From an uncultured delta proteobacterium (GTDB lineage: Bacteria; Desulfobacterota; Syntrophia; Syntrophales; UBA5619): a DNA stretch of 64,000 nt. The position numbers were made by a program, and so were the translations under genes. This document shows positions 20,652 to 31,223 of the stretch, piece after piece. The stretch covers positions 32,001-96,000 of the forward strand of contig CAWFOM010000009.1 of NCBI GenBank assembly GCA_963817385.1, read 5' to 3'. Every line of letters starts with the position of its first letter. Positions within the stretch are counted from its first letter, which is position 1. Below the pieces are notes generated by a model that was given only the letters and a program-made list of their open reading frames with translations, ran no database searches and was not told the DNA's origin.

Positions 20652-21998
20652 ATGCCGGTTTTCTTGAAAAAGCTTCTGAAAAAACTATCCCGGAACACGA
20701 TCGCCAGAGAAGATGGATTGGAAAAACGGCCCCCGATGAGCGGCCAGGGCTCGATGAATTACCCCGGGGGAATGAAATACATGGGGGAATGGAGGGACGG
20801 CCTCTGGGAAGGCCAGGGAACCCTGACGTATCCGGGAGGGATGACCTGCACCGGTGAATGGAAAAACAGCAAAATGAACGGCCAGGGGAGCGTCACCTTT
20901 CCCGACGGCGCCCAGTACGTCGGCCTCTTTTTAAGCGGTGAATACAGCGGTCAGGGGACCATGACCTTTTCCAACGGGAAAACCTATGTTGGAGAATGGA
21001 AGGATGGCGAACAGCACGGCCAGGGGACCATAATCTTTCCGGACGGAACAAAATATATCGGTCAGTTCAGCCACAACTCGTTCCATGGCCAGGGGACCAT
21101 GTCTTTCCCCGACGGCCGAACGTATGTCGGGCAGTTTAAAAACAGCCTTTTTCACGGCCAGGGGACGATGACCGAGCACGACGGCGTGCATTACGTCGGG
21201 GAGTGGAAGGAAAACAGGATGGACGGCAACGGGGTCATGACCTATCTGGACGGGCGGACCTACAAGGGACAATTCATCGACAACCAGTTCAACGGCCAAG
21301 GGACGCTGAACGACCGGGACGGGGGAAAATTCATCGGGCAGTTCCGCGACGGCCGGAAACACGGCCGGGGAACGCTTGCCCGCCCCGATGGGACGCAGTT
21401 CGCGGGCGAATGGAAAAACGATGCCATGAACGGTCAGGGAACCGTCCATTTCGCCGACGGTCGCGTATATGCGGGGCAATTCCAGGATGACGGCATCAAC
21501 GGCCAGGGGACCATGTCTTTCCCCGACGGCCGGAAATACACCGGGCAGTTTCGCGATGGATTGATGGAGGGACAGGGGTCGGCAGCCTTCGCCAACGGCA
21601 AGGAATACACCGGGCAGTGGAAGAACAACCTCTTTGACGGCCAGGGGACCCTAACCTACCCCGACGGGGGAACCTATGTGGGCCAATTTGAAAGCGGCAT
21701 GCCACACGGTCAGGGAACGATGATCCGGCCCGACGGACAATATACGGGACAGTTCAAGTTCGGAAAGAAACACGGACACGGAACGGTCATCTTTGCCAAT
21801 GGCTCCAAATATGTGGGCCAGTTCCGGGATAACGAGTACCATGGTCAGGGAACGATGACCAACTCGGGCGGTGAAAAAAACGTCGGGGAGTGGCAGGAGG
21901 GCAAATTTGTCGAGGTCTCCGCCGATGGGTCTTACCCCGACCTGAAAAATCATGAGCTCCCCGAGCCTGACCTCAAGGCGGCGGGGGGGCGCCGCTGA
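20652..21998 (+). CDS. MORN-repeat protein (about 16-17 tandem 23-aa repeats)
   Basis: Repeated YxGxWxxxxxxGQGTxxxxDG units over nearly the whole length. Confidence 0.92.
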   Translation: MPVFLKKLLKKLSRNTIAREDGLEKRPPMSGQGSMNYPGGMKYMGEWRDGLWEGQGTLTYPGGMTCTGEWKNSKMNGQGSVTFPDGAQYVGLFLSGEYSGQGTMTFSNGKTYVGEWKDGEQHGQGTIIFPDGTKYIGQFSHNSFHGQGTMSFPDGRTYVGQFKNSLFHGQGTMTEHDGVHYVGEWKENRMDGNGVMTYLDGRTYKGQFIDNQFNGQGTLNDRDGGKFIGQFRDGRKHGRGTLARPDGTQFAGEWKNDAMNGQGTVHFADGRVYAGQFQDDGINGQGTMSFPDGRKYTGQFRDGLMEGQGSAAFANGKEYTGQWKNNLFDGQGTLTYPDGGTYVGQFESGMPHGQGTMIRPDGQYTGQFKFGKKHGHGTVIFANGSKYVGQFRDNEYHGQGTMTNSGGEKNVGEWQEGKFVEVSADGSYPDLKNHELPEPDLKAAGGRR

Positions 21999-22002
21999 CC
22001 GG

Positions 22003-22104
22003 GAGCGCCACCCGCAAGCCCCGCCTTGTAGGCGGGGATAAGGGGCGCAATAAACAGATCCCTTCCTTACCGGGAAGCCCCGCCCTGTGGGCGGGGAGCT
22101 TCAA
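22003..22104 (+). mobile_element. Miniature IS200/IS605-like palindromic element (PATE/REP-like), no transposase
   Basis: Two related hairpins, AAGCCCCGCC-TTGTA-GGCGGGG (22016-37) and AAGCCCCGCCC-TGT-GGGCGGGG (22075-96), ending in AGCTTCAA; lies between convergent genes. Confidence 0.5.
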
Positions 22105-22118
22105 TTCTCACCCATCCT

Positions 22119-22895
22119 TCATTCCCGGGCTCTGCGGTAACCGGCCCGGATGGCTTCCTTTTCGGATTGAAAAACGACCCGGTGGTATTCCTTGACCAAG
22201 TCATAGTACTTCATTCCCGGCAGGTGATACCGCTTCGAATCGCGATTCCCGATCACCCTGACGCCCTTGGGCTGAGGGGGAATTTTCCCCTCAGCAACGC
22301 CCGGCCCGGGGTGAGGAGCTTCAGGCAGAGAGACCCGGTTCGGAAATATGCTTCGCCCCTCCGCGTCGGCCGCGGGCGTGGGGACGCGGTCCTTGGCGGG
22401 AAGGATGTCGATTGCCGTCTCGGACGGCGGCCAATGATCGGGTGGCGTTATTTCCCGTTTCGTATCGGGCAAGTCAATGAAAAGAACGGAAATGATGATC
22501 AGCGCCCCGACGATGACGGACAACCAGACCCGCCTTGCGGGGAGATGCCCGACAAGGAGCCTCTTCCCTTTCAATATGGCCGATTTGACCGGGGAAGAGT
22601 CGCCATCCGCAAACTGCGTCAATTTCGGATATCGCTTCACCCCGCCGGTGCGTTTCCACTCGGCGTCGAAGAGCCTGAGCACCTCCGTCTGATTCAGCTT
22701 CAGATAGGCAGTGTATTGCTTGATCAGCCGTATGCATTCGGAACGCCCGGTAAAGACGTCGAAGTCATCCCCTTCCAGGGCATCGATGAAGGACCTGTTC
22801 ACCCTCATGAAAAGCGCCATTTCTTCAACGGGCACCCGGTGTGATTCCCGCTCCCGTTTCAGGTATTGGCCCAGTGTTTCATGGTCCTGATACAT
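22119..22895 (-). CDS. RodZ-like HTH membrane protein with C-terminal Ada-like small domain
   Basis: TLGQYLKRERE...IDALE...YTAYLKL N-terminal HTH, one TM helix, IGNRDSKRYHLPG...EAIRAGYR tail. Confidence 0.75.
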   Translation of the reverse strand: MYQDHETLGQYLKRERESHRVPVEEMALFMRVNRSFIDALEGDDFDVFTGRSECIRLIKQYTAYLKLNQTEVLRLFDAEWKRTGGVKRYPKLTQFADGDSSPVKSAILKGKRLLVGHLPARRVWLSVIVGALIIISVLFIDLPDTKREITPPDHWPPSETAIDILPAKDRVPTPAADAEGRSIFPNRVSLPEAPHPGPGVAEGKIPPQPKGVRVIGNRDSKRYHLPGMKYYDLVKEYHRVVFQSEKEAIRAGYRRARE

Positions 22896-22919
22896 CGCAC
22901 CTCGCCGCGAAGCTCTTTC

Positions 22920-23852
22920 TCATCCCTTCAGCTTTATCTTTGACGGGCTCTTTGACCTGGCTTCCTGTACCGAGCTCCCCACCGATTGAGTAGATTCGGA
23001 GGGCAGGGCCTCCGCCTGAATCCCTGCTTCCTCGATGGCGGCATTGATCGCAATCGTCAAATAGGAAATGGCCTGCGCAAGCGAACAGTTCTTGGTCGCC
23101 TCCAGCCCCAACGCGATTTTTTGCTGATTATAGAGGCTGTAATAGGTCAGCGATCCTTTCTGCTCCTGATGCCGTGACTGCTTGACCGCGGTATTGGTGT
23201 TGTTGACGGCAAAGTGGAAATCTCCATCAGGGATTCTGCTGTTTGCCCGATGGACGACGCGCTTCGCATAATGCCCCAACTCCAGCTTCTTCCCACTCGG
23301 CAGGTAGTACGTGGCTGAATCGATGACATTGGACTGTCCCCATTTGGAGGGATTTCTCTTGCGGGATATCCAGCGGGGATTATAGAAATCGTACCCCTGG
23401 TGAAGATTCAGGACGTAATCAGACTGCCTGATCAGTTGCTTCGCCAGATTTATGACCTTGGCATCGGGATTGGAACTGCCGGCAGGGAGGTTGAACAGGC
23501 GGTTCATATCGCCTCCGAGACCGCATCGCTTCCCCGCATTGACGGCCGGCCCGTTGAGACGCGGGACGATGATCAGGTTCCCCTTGTTCAGCTTGACGTC
23601 TGAATACCTCTCCGCAGTCAGGTAACCGCCCGCTTCGTCACCATGGATTCCGGCAATGATGAGCAGCGTCGGACCCTCGTGTCTTCCCCGGATCGTGTGA
23701 ACGGTCAATTCCTGCCGGGTCTCCTGAAAGTACGCCTGGGTGCGAGATTCCGGGAGTATCCGGCCCTTTTCAGCCGCCAGATCACGAAACCCGAAGCAAA
23801 GAACAAGGAACATCGCAACGGCTAAAAGGCAGACTCGCCGAAAATTGTCCAT
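22920..23852 (-). CDS. Secreted M14/M99-type metallo-carboxypeptidase (Csd4/Pgp1-like)
   Basis: Signal peptide; IHGDEAGG, VPRLN, DMNRLF, LNLHQG, WGQS.VID, SLTYY, GLEATK. Confidence 0.75.
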   Translation of the reverse strand: MDNFRRVCLLAVAMFLVLCFGFRDLAAEKGRILPESRTQAYFQETRQELTVHTIRGRHEGPTLLIIAGIHGDEAGGYLTAERYSDVKLNKGNLIIVPRLNGPAVNAGKRCGLGGDMNRLFNLPAGSSNPDAKVINLAKQLIRQSDYVLNLHQGYDFYNPRWISRKRNPSKWGQSNVIDSATYYLPSGKKLELGHYAKRVVHRANSRIPDGDFHFAVNNTNTAVKQSRHQEQKGSLTYYSLYNQQKIALGLEATKNCSLAQAISYLTIAINAAIEEAGIQAEALPSESTQSVGSSVQEARSKSPSKIKLKG

Positions 23853-25144
23853 CCCTTTTGTCCCTTTTTCAGGTAGAATAACTTCTTTGAATCCGCTTCG
23901 AAATTGTTGGAACGGTATTTTTGAATAAACCGTACGACGGCGACCTGTCCCTCCCGTTCCTGCGGCATGATAATGGCCATCTGGTCCATAGTCACGCGAA
24001 TGAATTTTTTGCCGCTGTTGACCCGCTCCTTGTGCCTTCGGAAGGCCTCAAATCGCATCCCTTCGCTATTGATAAAATCCTTTGAATAATAACTCAGGTA
24101 TTTCCCGGTGTCGCCGCTTTCCCACGCCTTTCGCCAGTCATCCATGTAATTACGGATCTCCTGAAGCGATTCCTTGCGGCTCTCCTCCTTGACGAAGGTT
24201 ACCGTATCGACGATGGAAACGGGTGTGCCGCTGGGCTTGAGCAGAGTCTTGAGTTCCTTGATGTTGTCATTGGAGACGGCGATGCAGCCTTTCGTATTGA
24301 CGAGGTCTCCCGTTCCGATGACCTTCCCGGGAACGTGTCCGTGGATCCATATCCCTGCGCCGTTCTTGCTGTCTTTCCGATCCAGGAAATTGGGATAATT
24401 CAGGACAAAGGCCCCTTCCCCATAGATTTCGGGCAAGGCGCTCCCCGGTGCATAGCGCAGGGTGAAATAGCTCCCCCTGGGGGTTGCAAAATCCCCGGCC
24501 TTTTTCTTGTCTTCGCCATTGGCCCCGATGATGCATGCATACGATTTGACGAGGACGAACCGATCACCCTGAAATTTGAACAGATGCAGGAGTTTGGTTT
24601 CCTTCTCCCCGATAAGCGCATACTCGTCGGCCACCGCCCAGACCAGGGACACCGGTGTTTCGCCGGCCGGTATGATAAATTCCGCTTTCTTGGCCGGTAC
24701 GGCGGGCGCCTTCGGTTCCGCTTTCACCGGTGCGGCAGGCGCCTTCGGTTCGGCGACCGCTTTCGCCGATTGCACCGGTTGGGCGGGACGTTCGGCAACC
24801 TCTTTCGCCGGTTGCGCGGGACGTTCGGCAACCGTTTTCACCGGCGGTGCGGCGGGCGCGGGCGGCACGGCGGCCGTTATCTGACGCCTTGCATCCGCCA
24901 GATGAACAAAGGCTTTCTGGATATCCGTCCTGCCGAGTGACTCCTGGAGCAGGGCCAGACTCTTGCTTGTCTCCTGAATAACCTGGAGGGCATTCCGGTT
25001 GTTTTTTATCTCTTTAAGGAAAAGAATCAGCAGGGTAACATTGAGAATGAGGAGAATCGCGATCAGTCCGATCCCCACCTTGATATAAAAATCGCTTGCC
25101 GTATCTCGATAATTTTTCGGTAATTTCAGGTTATGAGTCTGCAT
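23822..25144 (-). CDS. YkuD/L,D-transpeptidase-family protein with C-terminal NTF2-like domain (Csd6/Pgp2-like)
   Basis: N-terminal TM helix, Ala/Pro linker, GD.ATP.G, NYPN.LD, GIWIHG...TKGC, then W.KAWE...YLSYYS.DF...QKY.SNNF. Confidence 0.82.
   Translation of the reverse strand: MQTHNLKLPKNYRDTASDFYIKVGIGLIAILLILNVTLLILFLKEIKNNRNALQVIQETSKSLALLQESLGRTDIQKAFVHLADARRQITAAVPPAPAAPPVKTVAERPAQPAKEVAERPAQPVQSAKAVAEPKAPAAPVKAEPKAPAVPAKKAEFIIPAGETPVSLVWAVADEYALIGEKETKLLHLFKFQGDRFVLVKSYACIIGANGEDKKKAGDFATPRGSYFTLRYAPGSALPEIYGEGAFVLNYPNFLDRKDSKNGAGIWIHGHVPGKVIGTGDLVNTKGCIAVSNDNIKELKTLLKPSGTPVSIVDTVTFVKEESRKESLQEIRNYMDDWRKAWESGDTGKYLSYYSKDFINSEGMRFEAFRRHKERVNSGKKFIRVTMDQMAIIMPQEREGQVAVVRFIQKYRSNNFEADSKKLFYLKKGQKGWTIFGESAF
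24700..24832 (-). repeat. Intragenic duplications encoding AERPAQP x2 and AEPKAPA x2
   Basis: GCGGGACGTTCGGCAACC and GGCGCCTTCGGTTC each occur twice in the linker. Confidence 0.7.
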
Positions 25145-25287
25145 AGGTTCATTTCGGATCTGTTTGTCTCCCTGTAGATGCGCCGTCCCTGTTTACCGTA
25201 TCGTAGCAGCTCTTGATCTGGTTTCTTCTCACAATATTGGCATCCGGTCAAGGGGGAATGTTTCGGAGCCGCCGATCCTGACCCTGA

Positions 25288-25890
25288 TCAGCGGCGAGCC
25301 CTGCTTTTTCGTTTCTGCACGGAAAACCCGAAGCGGCCGATACAGCGCCCGAGGGCAAAATATTGGCCGTGAGCGAATGCGATGAGACCGCCCTTCTCCA
25401 GACGGAGCCGTCCTTTACCATCGATCAGCGCCGCAGATACCTGCACGGCGACCACTTCCGCCACGAACATCGTGTGCGAACCCAGCTTCAGAGATTCCCG
25501 CACCCGGCATTCGATGTTCAGCGGGCACTCCAGAACGATCGGGCAGCCCACCTTCAACGCCGGAGCCGGCGTCAACCCGGCGCCGGCGAACTTTTCCTCG
25601 CTGCGCCCGGAAACAACCCCGCACCAGTCCACTGCCCTGGCCTCCTTGAGGGAAGGGACATTCACCACGAATTCCCGGGTCTTTTCGATTATTTCATAGG
25701 AGTACCGCTCGGGCCGCACGGAAATCGACAGCATCGGCGGTTCGCTGCACACATTTCCGGTCCACGCGATCGTGATCAGGTTCGGCTTCCAGCCCCCCGT
25801 CCCCCCGCAACTCACCAGGACCGCCGGAACCGGCGACAGGACATTTCCCGGCTTCCATGCGCGCTTCTCACTGGGTTTCCGTTTTCCCAT
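25288..25890 (-). CDS. Flavin reductase-like FMN-binding protein
   Basis: PVPAVLVSCG, PPMLSISVRPERYS, EFVVNVP, ECPLNIEC, LGSH. Confidence 0.88.
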   Translation of the reverse strand: MGKRKPSEKRAWKPGNVLSPVPAVLVSCGGTGGWKPNLITIAWTGNVCSEPPMLSISVRPERYSYEIIEKTREFVVNVPSLKEARAVDWCGVVSGRSEEKFAGAGLTPAPALKVGCPIVLECPLNIECRVRESLKLGSHTMFVAEVVAVQVSAALIDGKGRLRLEKGGLIAFAHGQYFALGRCIGRFGFSVQKRKSRARR

Positions 25891-26048
25891 ACCATCCCGC
25901 TCCCTTCCCTGCGCCGCATTCCCGCCGATCACAAGTACGCGAATTCAGCCGTACGCATACATCAGATCTCTACGGAAAACAAGCTAAGCGGGAACGATTC
26001 CGCTTGTTCGACGTCTGTTCTGGCAAATCGGGGAATTGTCCCCCGCCG

Positions 26049-26273
26049 TTACCGTCGGTTGATGAACCAGAGGATGAGTGAGAGGATCACGCTTACGATG
26101 AGCGACGTCATGAGCGGAAAATAGAACGAGACGTTCTTCCCCCGGAAGAAAAAATCGCCGGGAAGTCTCCCGAGCCAGGGGATCTTCCCGGCGAGGATCA
26201 GGACGAGGCCGATTCCCGCGATAAGAAGCCCGATCACGATGAGAAGCTTGCCCAGATGGGAAAAGTCGAACAT
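26049..26273 (-). CDS. DUF2905 small membrane protein
   Basis: WLGRLPGD...FYFPL.TS...S.ILS motif. Confidence 0.85.
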   Translation of the reverse strand: MFDFSHLGKLLIVIGLLIAGIGLVLILAGKIPWLGRLPGDFFFRGKNVSFYFPLMTSLIVSVILSLILWFINRR

Positions 26274-26317
26274 CGCCGTGCACCTCCCGCATCAAGAATT
26301 GAAGCTCTTGCTCCCTC

Positions 26318-27274
26318 CTATTTCCCGTCCCATGCGAATGGCCGTTCCCGTTCGAAGTCCGGTGAGAGCGCCCGATCATCGACCTCTTGGGTGTAGAGCT
26401 CCTCGAACCCCAGATCGACGGCGGCATTGACCACCCGCTCATACTCCTCGCGGCTGACCCTCCGGCCGAGGAGAGGGTGCTTCACTACGGCCGGGATCGG
26501 CGTATACTGGGCCATGAGGCTCAGAGGAACGAACCGGGAGATCTCCTCCCGGATCGCCTTGAGGACCGCAAGGGAGCTCTCCCAGTTCCCCGGCAGGACG
26601 AGATGGCGGACCAGGACCCCCCGCTTCGCGACCCCGTCCTCGATCTCGAGGCTGTCGCCGACCTGGCGGACCATCTCCCGGAGGGAGGCAAGGGCATGGC
26701 GGGGATAGGCCTGCGCCCCGGAGAAGCGCCGACCGGCCTCATCGACGCCGTATTTGAAATCGGGGAGATAGATGTCGACCATCCCGTCGAGGAAGCGGAT
26801 GATCCGCTCCCGTTCATACCCGCCGCAGTTGAAGACGAGGGGAAGGCTAAGCCCTCGTCTGCGGGCGATCAGCAAGGCCGCCATGATCCCCGGCAGATGG
26901 GGGGTCGGCGTCACCGGCTCGATGTTGTGGCAGCCCAGGGCCTCGAGCTCCAGCATGATCCCCGCGAGCTCTTCCTCCGAGACTGACCGCCCCGCGGGGG
27001 AATGGCTGATCTGATAATTCTGGCAATAGACGCACCGGAGGTTGCAGGAGGAGAAAAAGATCGTGCCGGCGCCGCGCTTCCCCGAAAGGGGAGGCTCCTC
27101 GCCGTGGTGGGGGAGGGCCGAGCTTATGACCATTCCCGCGTCAAGGCGGCAGAACCCTTTCTCGCCTGCCGACCGGTCGACCCGGCACATCTGCGGGCAG
27201 AGGACGCACCTCTTCAGGCTCCGCTTGAGCTGTCCGACCTGCCGGGCCGCATCCGCGTCCTTCATAAAAAACAT
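26318..27274 (-). CDS. Radical SAM protein (PflX-like)
   Basis: CVLCPQMC, HHGEEPPLSG, CNLRCVYCQN, IYLPDFKY, VRHLVLPG. Confidence 0.9.
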   Translation of the reverse strand: MFFMKDADAARQVGQLKRSLKRCVLCPQMCRVDRSAGEKGFCRLDAGMVISSALPHHGEEPPLSGKRGAGTIFFSSCNLRCVYCQNYQISHSPAGRSVSEEELAGIMLELEALGCHNIEPVTPTPHLPGIMAALLIARRRGLSLPLVFNCGGYERERIIRFLDGMVDIYLPDFKYGVDEAGRRFSGAQAYPRHALASLREMVRQVGDSLEIEDGVAKRGVLVRHLVLPGNWESSLAVLKAIREEISRFVPLSLMAQYTPIPAVVKHPLLGRRVSREEYERVVNAAVDLGFEELYTQEVDDRALSPDFERERPFAWDGK

Positions 27275-27382
27275 CCCTTCCGGCTGTCATCCCGACCGGA
27301 TTAATCGGCACGCCAAACTTTCCTCTGCCCGCCGCAGATCGGCCGAGCCGATGAACCGGCGGCCCGCGGGGAAACGGCGCTT

Positions 27383-27799
27383 TCAGACATCAAAGACCAC
27401 CCTCCCCACCCACCCCTTGGCCGTCCGTTTGACCGAGGACTGGTGATAGGTGACCGCCTTGATCTCCGTTTTGATCCGGTGCCGGGCCGGATCGAAGGGC
27501 TCGCCCCGAAGGTGCGCCGTCAGGCGCCGGGGGGTGACCTCCCGGATCGTGCATTCTCGCCCCAGAAACCCCATAGAGTTCCACACGGAGAGGAGCTCGC
27601 GTAAAAAATTGATCAGGAGATCCGCCGCATCCTCCCCCTCGACCGCGATCGTCCTCACCTGAGTCACCCGGATGGCCTCGGTATCCGCCAGGAGGTCGAA
27701 GAGGGCCATGGCGGCCCCGGCATAGAGCTCCTCGATGGTGCCGCCGGAGACTTCGATCCCCAGATCGGCCGTATGGTCGAAGAGACGGTAGCCGCTCAT
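27383..27799 (-). CDS. Archease
   Basis: DHTADLG, EIKAVTYH, C-terminal FDV. Confidence 0.92.
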   Translation of the reverse strand: MSGYRLFDHTADLGIEVSGGTIEELYAGAAMALFDLLADTEAIRVTQVRTIAVEGEDAADLLINFLRELLSVWNSMGFLGRECTIREVTPRRLTAHLRGEPFDPARHRIKTEIKAVTYHQSSVKRTAKGWVGRVVFDV

Positions 27800-27853
27800 T
27801 TCACCTCCGGCAAAAAGCCGACAACGATGCAGATCCGGCGCATATTGCTTGCG

Positions 27854-28921
27854 CTAGAGTTTTTCAATGACATCCTTGAGGCGGCCGCTTGCGATCAGCT
27901 CCAGGAACTCCTCGCCGAGCGGGGCGGAGAGCTCCACCGTCCGCCGCCAGTATGCGATCCGCGTCGCCGGGTTGTCCATGTAGGTCTCGAAATCGCCCCG
28001 GTCCGGTATCCTCCCTTCGGGCAGTCCCGCGACAAAGCCCTCCGACGGATAAACCATGACGACGCTATCGAGCCACCGCTCCGGGGGACGCCGATTCTTG
28101 AGTCTCTTGTCCATCCAGCCGGGAACGATCCGCTCCTGATGGTGGAAAAAGAGGGTCAGTCCGCCGTTGCGCGTCGCATAATCCTGATTGATGTGGTAGT
28201 CGGTGAGCCCCCCGTCGCGATAGACCCCGTCCGGGGCGCCGAAGATGTCCCGAACGCCGGCGACCGCGATCGGGATGGCGCCGGAGGCGATCACCGCGGA
28301 TTTGAAATTGACCTCGGAAAGCGGGATGGCGCGCCCGCGGAACCCCTTGCGCTGGCAGAAATCGGGGGGTTGGGGTCCGCAGAAAAAGACGACCCGCCCG
28401 GCGAAACGGGAAAGCAGCGAGGGGTGAATGGCATTGGCCAGGAAGCAGAAGAGGAAGCCCGCCCTCTGCACCCACGGATGTCCGGAGGAGAGAAGGGGTC
28501 CGACCCGGCAGGTCAGGACCGCCAGGCGGTATCGTTTGCTGGCCAGGGCAAAGGGGAGGGCGTCGTCCTCGACCGCGGCGTTGATGATCTCGCTCAGGGA
28601 CTGGAGGATCGTCCCGGGAGTGTCGCTCCTGCCGTAGGTCGCCAAGATATAGGCGTCGACGAGGGCGCGGTAGCTCTTGAGCGCCTCCGGCTGCAGCCAG
28701 GCCGCAAAGCGCCACGCCCCGGCCGAGGCGCCGACGAGCCAGACCGGATAGCGCCTGCCCAACAGCTCCCCCTTCAGGAGGGCGAGATCGAAACCGCTTG
28801 CGACGAGCCACCGGGGACCGCCCGCCGGGCCGAAATAGGTCCCGATGCGGTCCAGACTGAAGCCGCCTGCACGAATGAGGTCATAGGCACGCCGGCCCGC
28901 CTTGACACGGATATTTGCCAT
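27854..28921 (-). CDS. Patatin-like phospholipase-family protein
   Basis: [13 protein letters not shown] nucleophile elbow, DGG. Confidence 0.75.
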   Translation of the reverse strand: MANIRVKAGRRAYDLIRAGGFSLDRIGTYFGPAGGPRWLVASGFDLALLKGELLGRRYPVWLVGASAGAWRFAAWLQPEALKSYRALVDAYILATYGRSDTPGTILQSLSEIINAAVEDDALPFALASKRYRLAVLTCRVGPLLSSGHPWVQRAGFLFCFLANAIHPSLLSRFAGRVVFFCGPQPPDFCQRKGFRGRAIPLSEVNFKSAVIASGAIPIAVAGVRDIFGAPDGVYRDGGLTDYHINQDYATRNGGLTLFFHHQERIVPGWMDKRLKNRRPPERWLDSVVMVYPSEGFVAGLPEGRIPDRGDFETYMDNPATRIAYWRRTVELSAPLGEEFLELIASGRLKDVIEKL

Positions 28922-29030
28922 TCGCCTGCTTCCTTGTGGCGGCAGAGCCGCCGCGCCTCCGGTAAACGGAAGATGCCGAGCCCCGAGACCTGCCATCCCC
29001 GGGGTGAAAAAGCCTGTGCTGGAAATAGCC

Positions 29031-29059
29031 TTGACACGGCCCGAGGGGTCTTGTAGATT
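29031..29059 (+). promoter_or_regulatory. Sigma70-type promoter for proA-nadD
   Basis: TTGACA-N17-TAGATT. Confidence 0.55.
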
Positions 29060-29195
29060 AGCACCGCCCGTCTTTCGGCTGATGGCGGTTCTTATCCGAA
29101 TATCATTGGATTTGTCAATGGCTAAGATGGATCCGGACGGCACGCCGAAGGCCGGCGGCGCACCCTATAAAAAGGGCGGAGAGAGGACCGGATGC

Positions 29196-30455
29196 ATGGC
29201 GGATATCAGGTTACAGATGGTTCGGATGGGCCGGGAGGCGAGGCGTGCCTCCACGATCCTCGCCCGGATCTCCACTGAGGACAAAAACCGGGCGCTTGCC
29301 GGGATGGCGGACGCGCTCATCGCAAAGCAAGATCTCCTCATCCGGGAAAACGCCCGGGACCTCGCCACTGCCCGTAAGCTCGGCCTTTCCCCGGCGATGA
29401 TCGACCGCCTGACGCTTACGGAGGCATCGATCGGGGGAATCGCCCGGGGCCTCAGGGAGGTAGCCTGCCTGCCCGATCCGGTGGGAGCGGTCACGTCGAT
29501 GTGGCGTCGGCCGAACGGCCTGAGAGTCGGCCGGATGCGGATCCCCCTTGGAGTGATCGGAATCATCTACGAATCCCGCCCGAACGTAACCGCCGACGCA
29601 GCCGCCCTCTGCCTGAAATCCGGAAATGCCGTGATCCTCCGGGGCGGCTCCGAAGCAATCCACTCCAACCTCGCCATCTGCCGCATCCTCCAGGAGGTCC
29701 TCCGGGACTGTTCGCTGCCCGAGACGGCGATCCAGATCGTCCCCATGACGGATCGGGAGGCGATCACGGAGCTCCTTACGCTCGATGAGTTCATCGATGT
29801 GATCATCCCCCGCGGCGGGGAGGAGCTGATCCGCGCCGTCGTCCGTGATTCGCGGATCCCGGTGATCAAGCACTACAAGGGTGTCTGCCATGTCTTCGTC
29901 GACGACGGGGCCGAGATCGCCATGGCCGTCCGGATCTGCATGAATGCAAAAACGCAGCGGCCGGGGGTCTGCAATGCAATGGAAACGCTCCTCGTCCATG
30001 AGGCGATCGCCCCCGCATTCCTGCCGGCGGTGGCCGATCCATTCCGGAAGGCGGGCGTCGTGATCAGGGGCTGCGAGCGGACGCGGACGATCCTGCCGGA
30101 TGCGGAGGCGGCCACCGAAGAGGACTGGGGGCGGGAGTATCTCGATCTGATCCTCTCCGTCCGCGTGGTCCGCGATCTCGACGAAGCAATCGCCCACATC
30201 GAAACGTACGGCTCCCTCCATACCGAGGCGATCGTCACCGAAAGCTATGAGCGGGCGCAGCGCTTTCTCACCGAGGTCAACTCCTCGACGGTCCTCGTCA
30301 ACGCCTCCACCCGCTTCAGCGACGGCTTCGAACTGGGGCTGGGGGCCGAGATCGGCATCAGCACGACCAAGCTCCACGCCTTCGGACCGATGGGACTCGA
30401 GGAACTGACGACAACCAAATTCATCATATATGGAAACGGACAGGTGAGAACATGA
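29196..30455 (+). CDS. proA: Gamma-glutamyl phosphate reductase
   Basis: [50 protein letters not shown]. Confidence 0.96.
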   Translation: MADIRLQMVRMGREARRASTILARISTEDKNRALAGMADALIAKQDLLIRENARDLATARKLGLSPAMIDRLTLTEASIGGIARGLREVACLPDPVGAVTSMWRRPNGLRVGRMRIPLGVIGIIYESRPNVTADAAALCLKSGNAVILRGGSEAIHSNLAICRILQEVLRDCSLPETAIQIVPMTDREAITELLTLDEFIDVIIPRGGEELIRAVVRDSRIPVIKHYKGVCHVFVDDGAEIAMAVRICMNAKTQRPGVCNAMETLLVHEAIAPAFLPAVADPFRKAGVVIRGCERTRTILPDAEAATEEDWGREYLDLILSVRVVRDLDEAIAHIETYGSLHTEAIVTESYERAQRFLTEVNSSTVLVNASTRFSDGFELGLGAEIGISTTKLHAFGPMGLEELTTTKFIIYGNGQVRT

Positions 30456-31108
30456 AATGGGGATTGTTCGGAGGCACGTTTGATCCGATCCATATCGGCC
30501 ATCTGCGATGCGCCGAGGAGATGATAGAGATCTTCGACCTGAACCGGATCATCTTTGTTCCGGCATCACGGCCGCCGCATAAGCTTACCGGCGCCATCAC
30601 GCCCTTCTTCCACCGGGAACAGATGATCCGGCTCGCCATCGAAGGAAACCCGGCCTTCTCCTTCTCCGACGTGGAGAACCGGCGGGCGGGGATCTCCTAC
30701 TCCGTGGAGACGGTGGAGTACATCCTGGACACCTATCGCCTGGAAAACCTCGACCTCTACCTGATCCTCGGACAGGATGCCTTCCACGCTATCCGAACCT
30801 GGAAGGACTGGGAGAGGCTCCTGCTTCTGTGCAATTTCGCCGTCATGACGCGCCCGGGCTATGAGAATCTGGGTTTGGAGAAGATCCTCACCCCGGAATT
30901 CGCCTCCCGGTTCACGTATGACGAGACGGCAAAGGGCTTCCGCGGACCGACCGGCCGGATGATCTGCTTCCGCGAGGTTACCTTCCTCGACATCGCCTCA
31001 AGCAACATCCGTAAACGGGCCAAGGAGGGCAAAACGATCAACTATCTCGTCTCCGACGCAGTCCGCCATTACATCGCTAAAAACTCTCTCTACCGGGATC
31101 TGGAGTGA
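30452..31108 (+). CDS. nadD: Nicotinate-nucleotide adenylyltransferase
   Basis: [27 protein letters not shown] overlap with proA. Confidence 0.95.
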   Translation: MKWGLFGGTFDPIHIGHLRCAEEMIEIFDLNRIIFVPASRPPHKLTGAITPFFHREQMIRLAIEGNPAFSFSDVENRRAGISYSVETVEYILDTYRLENLDLYLILGQDAFHAIRTWKDWERLLLLCNFAVMTRPGYENLGLEKILTPEFASRFTYDETAKGFRGPTGRMICFREVTFLDIASSNIRKRAKEGKTINYLVSDAVRHYIAKNSLYRDLE

Positions 31109-31223
31109 TTGACGCTCTCCACAGTAAGCGGTGGAGAATCTTCGATCCTCACGAAGAAAAAACCATTCCGTTTTTGCATGCGTACGCCGCGGCAAGCCAT
31201 GATGCAGGTACCCGCTGGCGGAT

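Noticed and set aside
20750..21910. Periodic ~69-bp repeats as a CRISPR array
   Set aside because: Degenerate in-frame MORN coding repeats with no unique spacers and no cas genes.
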